20,775 bases of DNA from Candidatus Thorarchaeota archaeon. Its GTDB lineage: Archaea > Asgardarchaeota > Thorarchaeia > Thorarchaeales > Thorarchaeaceae. The notes below the pieces were generated by a model. That model was not told where the DNA came from, made no database searches, and saw only the letters and a list, made by a program, of their open reading frames with translations. Below, one piece after another: positions 17,001 to 20,775 of this stretch. The first letter of the stretch is position 1. Each line of letters begins with the position of its first letter. Both the position numbers and the translations under genes were made by a program. The stretch lies in assembly GCA_016840855.1 (NCBI GenBank), contig JAEORO010000200.1, positions 1-20,775 of the forward strand. The letters run 5' to 3'.

Positions 17001-20000
17001 ACTGTGACGTCTATTATGATATTATCTATATTCAAAAGTACGTGCCTTCTGCGCCATTGCACGGAGACTGGCAGTCGGAGGAGGTTTATTCTGGTGTATC
17101 CGGAGGTTATGACTGCTTTAATGTTCAATTCAGCAATCCTGACGATGCTGATGAAGACGGATTGACAGACCTAGATGAGGTGCATTATGGTACTAACTGG
17201 CTTTCGAATGATACTGATGGAGACCTTATGATTGACTCTTGGGAAGTGTACTTCGGTCTTAATCCTAATAATGCAAGCGATGCTAATGATGACCTCGATG
17301 GTGATGGATTTGATAATCTCGCAGAGTATCTTAACTGCACACTCCCCAACAACAATGACACAGATTGGGATTTGATGACAGATTATTGGGAATTCGTCAA
17401 TCAGTTGAATCCATTGGTAGATGATGCCTATGAAGACCTTGATCATGATGGGATCATCAACCTTAATGAATTTGGGAACGGCACAGCTGCTTTTAGTAAT
17501 GATACTGACTCGGATTTTATGCCTGATTTATGGGAGATAGAGAACTCCTTAGATCCAACAATTGCTAGTGGCGATGATGATCCGGACTTGGATGCTCTAT
17601 CGAACTTAATGGAATTTCTAAATTCTGGAGACCCCAATAACAACGATACTGACTCTGACCTCATCCCAGATGGCTGGGAATATACACACGGACTTGATCT
17701 TACAATTGATGACGCTTCACTAGACTACGAGCTAGATGGTCTAGATAATTATGAGGAGTACATATGGAATACTGATCCATTCAATGAGGATTCTGACGAT
17801 GATTCCTTGCTTGATGGTTTCGAAGTGTTTTCGTATGGAACTAATCCAGCAAGCAATGATACTGAATCTGATGGCATGAATGATGGTTGGGAGGTTTTCT
17901 GGGGATTTAATCCGCTTATTGATGACTCCGCCAATGATAGTGATTCAGATGGATTATCAAACCTTGGAGAGTACATTTGGGGTTCTTATCCAAACAACAC
18001 GGACTCTGATTCTGACTCATTATCTGATGGAGATGAGGTCAATCTTTATGGTACCGACCCGATGGACCCACTCTCTCCCTATACGAGCCCAGACCCCATA
18101 TACTCCACTTACTTTGGTGGAGATTTGCCAGATGTTGGTACCGCGAATCATATGGATAGTTTAGGCTATATCTATGTGACTGGATACACCTCATCACCAT
18201 TATTCCCGGTGACGAGTGCTTATGACACTACTTATGCGGGAGGTTACGACGCATTCGTCTTCAAACTCTCTCCGGACGGTCAAACACTAGTGTTTTCAAC
18301 TTTCATAGGTGGCACAGGTGCTGAATACGCGTATTGCCTTACAGTAGACAACAACTTTGATGTTTACATAGGGGGAGTAACAACATCAGACGACTTCCCT
18401 CTTCTTAATGCATACGATGATTCAAGGGCTTCTGGAACAGATGGGTTCATTGTCAAGTTGAACTCTACAGGGACGGGTCTTGTGTTCTCAACATATATCG
18501 GTGGAAATGGCAATGATGGGTTCTATGTACTTCAGGTAGATGGAAACAACGATATCTATGCTGCTGGTTATTCAACCGCAAGTGATTGGCCCGTCGTGAA
18601 TCCATGTCAACTGAAGCATGGTGGAAATGGTGATGCAGTCATCGTCAAGATGAGAAATGATGGAGAACTGCTCATGTTCTCCACCTACCTGGGTGGATCA
18701 GGAGATGATGCAGTACACGACATTGCAATAGATAATAAAAACCGAATTGTTGTAATTGGTGGTACTAGTTCCTCGGATTACCCTGTTGTCAATGCCATCG
18801 ACAGCGCATATGGTGGAAGCAATGATGCCATCTTGGCTAGAATCAACGCCACTGATGGGTCGTTAGATTTCTCAACATACCTTGGAGACTCTAATCACGA
18901 TAATGGCCAAGGAGTGGTTGTTGACAAATCGGACAATATTTACATTGTTGGTCTAACTTATTCACCGACCTTTCCCGTGGTGAATGCGTTTGATTCAACA
19001 CATAATGGTGATTCTGATATCTTTGTAGCAAAGATTGCAGAGAATGGTACATCTTTCTATTTCTCAACATTTGTTGGAGGATCAACCGACGACGATACTC
19101 TTCCGAGGTGTATTGGTCTAGACGAGATAAACAACATCTATGTTGTCGCTAGAACTGAGTCAATTGATATCCCTACTGTCAATCCATTTGATGACACTCA
19201 TAATGGTGGTGTTCATGATCTCTATTTCTTCAAGATGAGTGCAGATGGTCATCAAATCTATTATGCCACATATATTGGAGGGTCAGATGAAGACGCCCCA
19301 CAAGGATTATTCGTTTCTCAATCAGGAAAAGTCACAATCAGCGGACAGACTCTATCAACAAACTTCCCACTTGTATCTCAATACCGTAGCTATTCAGGTT
19401 ACAGCGAGCCTTTTGTTATTCAATTCAGCAATATCTCAGACTATGACGGTGATGAGCTTTGTGATGATGATGAAGTTTCATTTGGCACAAACAAATTGCT
19501 GACTGACACAGATTCTGATCTTATGCCCGATGGATGGGAGTTCCTGAACGGATTAGATGGAACTCTAAATGATTCGGCTTTAGACTCAGACTTTGACTCA
19601 TTGACTAATCTTCAGGAGTACCAACTTGGTACTATGGCTAACAACAATGATAGTGATTTTGACCTCATCTCAGATAGTGATGAGATTACGCTCTATAACA
19701 GTGACCCAACACTATATGATTCAGACTTCGACCTAATATGTGACTCAACTGAGATTCTCACCTATGGTACGTTGCCAGATAATAATGACACTGATTCTGA
19801 TCTTATGACTGATGGCTGGGAAGTGCTCCATGGACTCAATCCATTAGTGAATGACGCAGGAGGAGACCTTGATTCTGATGGAATCACAAACTTGGAGGAG
19901 TTCCAACGGTGGATGAACCCCAATTCCTGGGATTCTGATAACGACATCATTGGAGATTGGGATGAACTGTACGTATACTTCTCAGACCCGTTGAATAGGC

Positions 20001-20775
20001 ATTCCCCTGAGCCTGACAGGACTCCAGTGTTCTCTTCATACTTTGGTGGAGGCGGAGCTGAAGACTTGATTGGCGTTACTGTTGGTAGCGATGGTTTCAT
20101 CTATGCCACTGGAAGGTCAACTTCCTCTGATTTCCCTGTTCTCAATGCATACGACAGCTCATTCAATGGCAATGATGATGTCGTTGTTTTGAAGATTGAT
20201 CCAGAGAACCTTACTCTAGTGTATTCGACCTTCATAGGAGGTTCCTCGGATGATTATGGATACACAATTGCGACATTCAATGATGGACGTGTTGTCGTTT
20301 CTGGTGTTACGTATTCATCGAACTTCCCCTTCATTAATGCTCATGACACCACACTCTCTGGTTCATACGACGCGATTCTATTGGGACTCAATAGTACAGG
20401 GAACGGTCTCATCTTCTCAACCTTGATTGGTGGTAATGGCTACGATGCTGGACGAGGTGTAAGTATCATCAATGATGAAACTATCATCGTGGTAGGGTGG
20501 ACCTCATCATCAGACTTAGCAACAATGAATGCGTATCAGGATGCATATGGTGGGGGAACGTACGACTTTCTCCTGTTCAAAGCATTACCGGACGGAACCA
20601 TTACTTATGTTAGCTATCTAGGAGGTAGCGGTGAGGATGTAGGAGAGGACATAGATGTAGACTCCTCAGAGAATGTGTTCTTCACTGGAAGGACGTCATC
20701 ATCAAACTTCCCAATGGTGAATGCGTACGATAATTCATTCAATGGAGAGTACGATTGCGTACTTGTCAAACTAGC
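14066..20775 (+). CDS. Giant secreted/cell-surface protein with SBBP beta-propellers, DUF2341-like domain and acidic Ca2+-binding repeats; 3'-truncated, at least 2236 aa
   Basis: Absent from the ORF track because there is no stop in the window. Manual translation from ATG 14066 (or 14081) stays open to the end: signal peptide MRGLHILALLLILSSLVG, N-terminal domain 'FTENLGQ...NYFLG...YSNLYPGIDL...KYQFYVSPGAD...LVIDP', then repeats. Confidence 0.93.
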   Translation, partial: MSGISMRGLHILALLLILSSLVGYIPSIPFSITSISENSDAIPTSEPIEGSDIDREKIAATTREMLYSHFTENLGQVNNRDIMYYGRFPGGMIGFGVSAIFVWLENTTNTIVIKFLGSNKVQPIARSYASYRNNYFLGDRGTYVGVRSSSDIIYSNLYPGIDLEYHATPEGVKYQFYVSPGADYQDIQVQTDGYDFLEILDAEIRWEKDKANFVDTDLISYQGEKSLKTKFNRLSENVYGFNVPEYDATQMLVIDPLIYSTLISSSEDDVGLGITIDNDGFVFVTGYTSSATFPVRFGIFNSYSGNRDAFVLKYKLEISELIFSTFIGGSESDTSNDIAVDGAGNIHLVGTTSSADFPLSSAYDGSLGGTLDGFFLKLNSAGSALIYSSYLGGTSADICQSIRLNISGYLHLTGWTNSSDFTTVSPIQGSLGGAKDMILSIVSPAGDLVYSSYYGGTGDDIGEIIEIDSNRNIIVAGTVQTGWPTYNAMNATCNGGSDIGICKLNSLGKQVLWSTFIGGADDDVATGLAIDSNDEICLSGYSNSTDFPTIAALNASNNGGFDVVYLKMYSNGSQLIFSSYLGGTSNDYSYGLAIDRFDYLYIFGETSSSSFPVLNAYNATISGEQDCFLLKMNRTASNLISSTFFGGSDNEKPCAIALDSVGTVYLTGWTNSTNFPLTEFVAQTQWLMGWTFRKAHKVLGSSGAGVNYQIRLTIYFGSGTDNIDNVYLSSACQTDFDDIRFTDDDGMTELSYWREEFTDSVSAIFWVKVLDNLDTNQTIYLYYGNPTADSNSNGDSTFIFFDDFSGTSLNTTKWWVYSFGVDPRTYEVVNGELHADIQSTTNSWSGYHFVSYADFTDTDYQVYVKSRWSGYDYSRGRSNVASPFLFDSTNQTTGLTVSAYGDYMVTLYTYVDGSSTWTSVSNYASGNAVFNYRVTSGTNFNMQMTGTYSRSYTGTISGFTYPFSVRLLAELNYWTSNMYCDVYYDIIYIQKYVPSAPLHGDWQSEEVYSGVSGGYDCFNVQFSNPDDADEDGLTDLDEVHYGTNWLSNDTDGDLMIDSWEVYFGLNPNNASDANDDLDGDGFDNLAEYLNCTLPNNNDTDWDLMTDYWEFVNQLNPLVDDAYEDLDHDGIINLNEFGNGTAAFSNDTDSDFMPDLWEIENSLDPTIASGDDDPDLDALSNLMEFLNSGDPNNNDTDSDLIPDGWEYTHGLDLTIDDASLDYELDGLDNYEEYIWNTDPFNEDSDDDSLLDGFEVFSYGTNPASNDTESDGMNDGWEVFWGFNPLIDDSANDSDSDGLSNLGEYIWGSYPNNTDSDSDSLSDGDEVNLYGTDPMDPLSPYTSPDPIYSTYFGGDLPDVGTANHMDSLGYIYVTGYTSSPLFPVTSAYDTTYAGGYDAFVFKLSPDGQTLVFSTFIGGTGAEYAYCLTVDNNFDVYIGGVTTSDDFPLLNAYDDSRASGTDGFIVKLNSTGTGLVFSTYIGGNGNDGFYVLQVDGNNDIYAAGYSTASDWPVVNPCQLKHGGNGDAVIVKMRNDGELLMFSTYLGGSGDDAVHDIAIDNKNRIVVIGGTSSSDYPVVNAIDSAYGGSNDAILARINATDGSLDFSTYLGDSNHDNGQGVVVDKSDNIYIVGLTYSPTFPVVNAFDSTHNGDSDIFVAKIAENGTSFYFSTFVGGSTDDDTLPRCIGLDEINNIYVVARTESIDIPTVNPFDDTHNGGVHDLYFFKMSADGHQIYYATYIGGSDEDAPQGLFVSQSGKVTISGQTLSTNFPLVSQYRSYSGYSEPFVIQFSNISDYDGDELCDDDEVSFGTNKLLTDTDSDLMPDGWEFLNGLDGTLNDSALDSDFDSLTNLQEYQLGTMANNNDSDFDLISDSDEITLYNSDPTLYDSDFDLICDSTEILTYGTLPDNNDTDSDLMTDGWEVLHGLNPLVNDAGGDLDSDGITNLEEFQRWMNPNSWDSDNDIIGDWDELYVYFSDPLNRHSPEPDRTPVFSSYFGGGGAEDLIGVTVGSDGFIYATGRSTSSDFPVLNAYDSSFNGNDDVVVLKIDPENLTLVYSTFIGGSSDDYGYTIATFNDGRVVVSGVTYSSNFPFINAHDTTLSGSYDAILLGLNSTGNGLIFSTLIGGNGYDAGRGVSIINDETIIVVGWTSSSDLATMNAYQDAYGGGTYDFLLFKALPDGTITYVSYLGGSGEDVGEDIDVDSSENVFFTGRTSSSNFPMVNAYDNSFNGEYDCVLVKL
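14834..17137 (+). repeat. Beta-propeller 1: seven ~63-aa SBBP-type repeats, the seventh split by an insertion
   Basis: Consensus L(I/V)(F/Y)S(T/S)(F/Y)xGGxxxD...IxxD....xxxGxTxSxxFP....GxxDxxxxK, counted seven times. Confidence 0.85.
16100..17086 (+). other. DUF2341-like domain plus lectin-like beta-sandwich
   Basis: 'GWTFRK', 'NYQI', 'DFDDIRFTDDDG..LSYW', 'FWVKV', 'IYLYYGNP', 'TFIFFDDFSG'. Confidence 0.75.
17141..18070 (+). repeat. Acidic repeat tract 1: 13 DxDxDxxx(D/N)xxE units (bacterial TSP3-like / EF-loop-like)
   Basis: Examples: DTDGDLMIDSWE, DLDGDGFDNLAE, DTDSDLIPDGWE, DSDSDGLSNLGE. Units of 22-27 aa. Confidence 0.85.
18098..19432 (+). repeat. Beta-propeller 2: seven SBBP-type repeats
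   Basis: Runs from IYSTYFGG to FVIQFSN; seven repeats counted. Confidence 0.85.
19439..19995 (+). repeat. Acidic repeat tract 2: eight DxDxD...E units
   Basis: Examples: DTDSDLMPDGWE, DSDFDSLTNLQE, DLDSDGITNLEE. Confidence 0.85.
20027..20775 (+). repeat. Beta-propeller 3: first four SBBP-type repeats, cut by the window end
   Basis: VFSSYFGG, VYSTFIGG, IFSTLIGG and YVSYLGG repeats. Confidence 0.8.

Noticed and set aside
16100-17086. Intein as the explanation for the insertion in propeller 1
   Set aside because: No N-terminal Cys/Ser block, no terminal His-Asn and no LAGLIDADG motifs; the sequence matches DUF2341-like motifs instead.
17141-19995. CRISPR-like or DGR template/variable repeat interpretation of recurring GATACTGA/GATTCTGA nucleotide motifs
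   Set aside because: The repeats are codon-level echoes of protein repeats, degenerate at third positions. No constant repeat-spacer array, adenine-specific variation or reverse transcriptase.
14397-20100. Short ORF-track entries within the right third (e.g. 15520-15735, 17171-17446, 17880-18164, 19762-20100)
   Set aside because: Shadow frames of the giant plus-strand ORF.

Overview
Moderately AT-rich archaeal-looking window (TATA-like boxes, GGTGA/GGAGG ribosome-binding sites). Gene families resemble those I associate with Asgard archaea, particularly Thorarchaeia; this is an inference. Left part: a 5'-truncated membrane-anchored NosD/right-handed beta-helix protein, a small anchored Ig-like protein, a MacB/FtsX-type ABC permease plus ATPase, and an isoaspartyl peptidase/asparaginase. 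Middle part: a redox cluster (DUF438 hemerythrin-PAS protein, ferredoxin-domain Fe-S protein, Cys-containing HxlR-type regulator, CxxS thioredoxin, ferritin-like protein, TrxB-like flavoprotein lacking NADPH motifs). A near-palindromic motif (TWACYATAGTWA) recurs at three of its promoters. The cluster is interrupted by a ~2 kb segment flanked by a diverged 64-bp direct repeat, with pseudogene relics. Right third: a giant ORF missed by the ORF track (14066 to beyond 20775, at least 2236 aa). It encodes a secreted protein of alternating 7-bladed SBBP beta-propellers and acidic Ca2+-loop tracts, with a DUF2341-like module inserted inside one propeller blade. No rRNA, tRNA, CRISPR array or transposase was seen.
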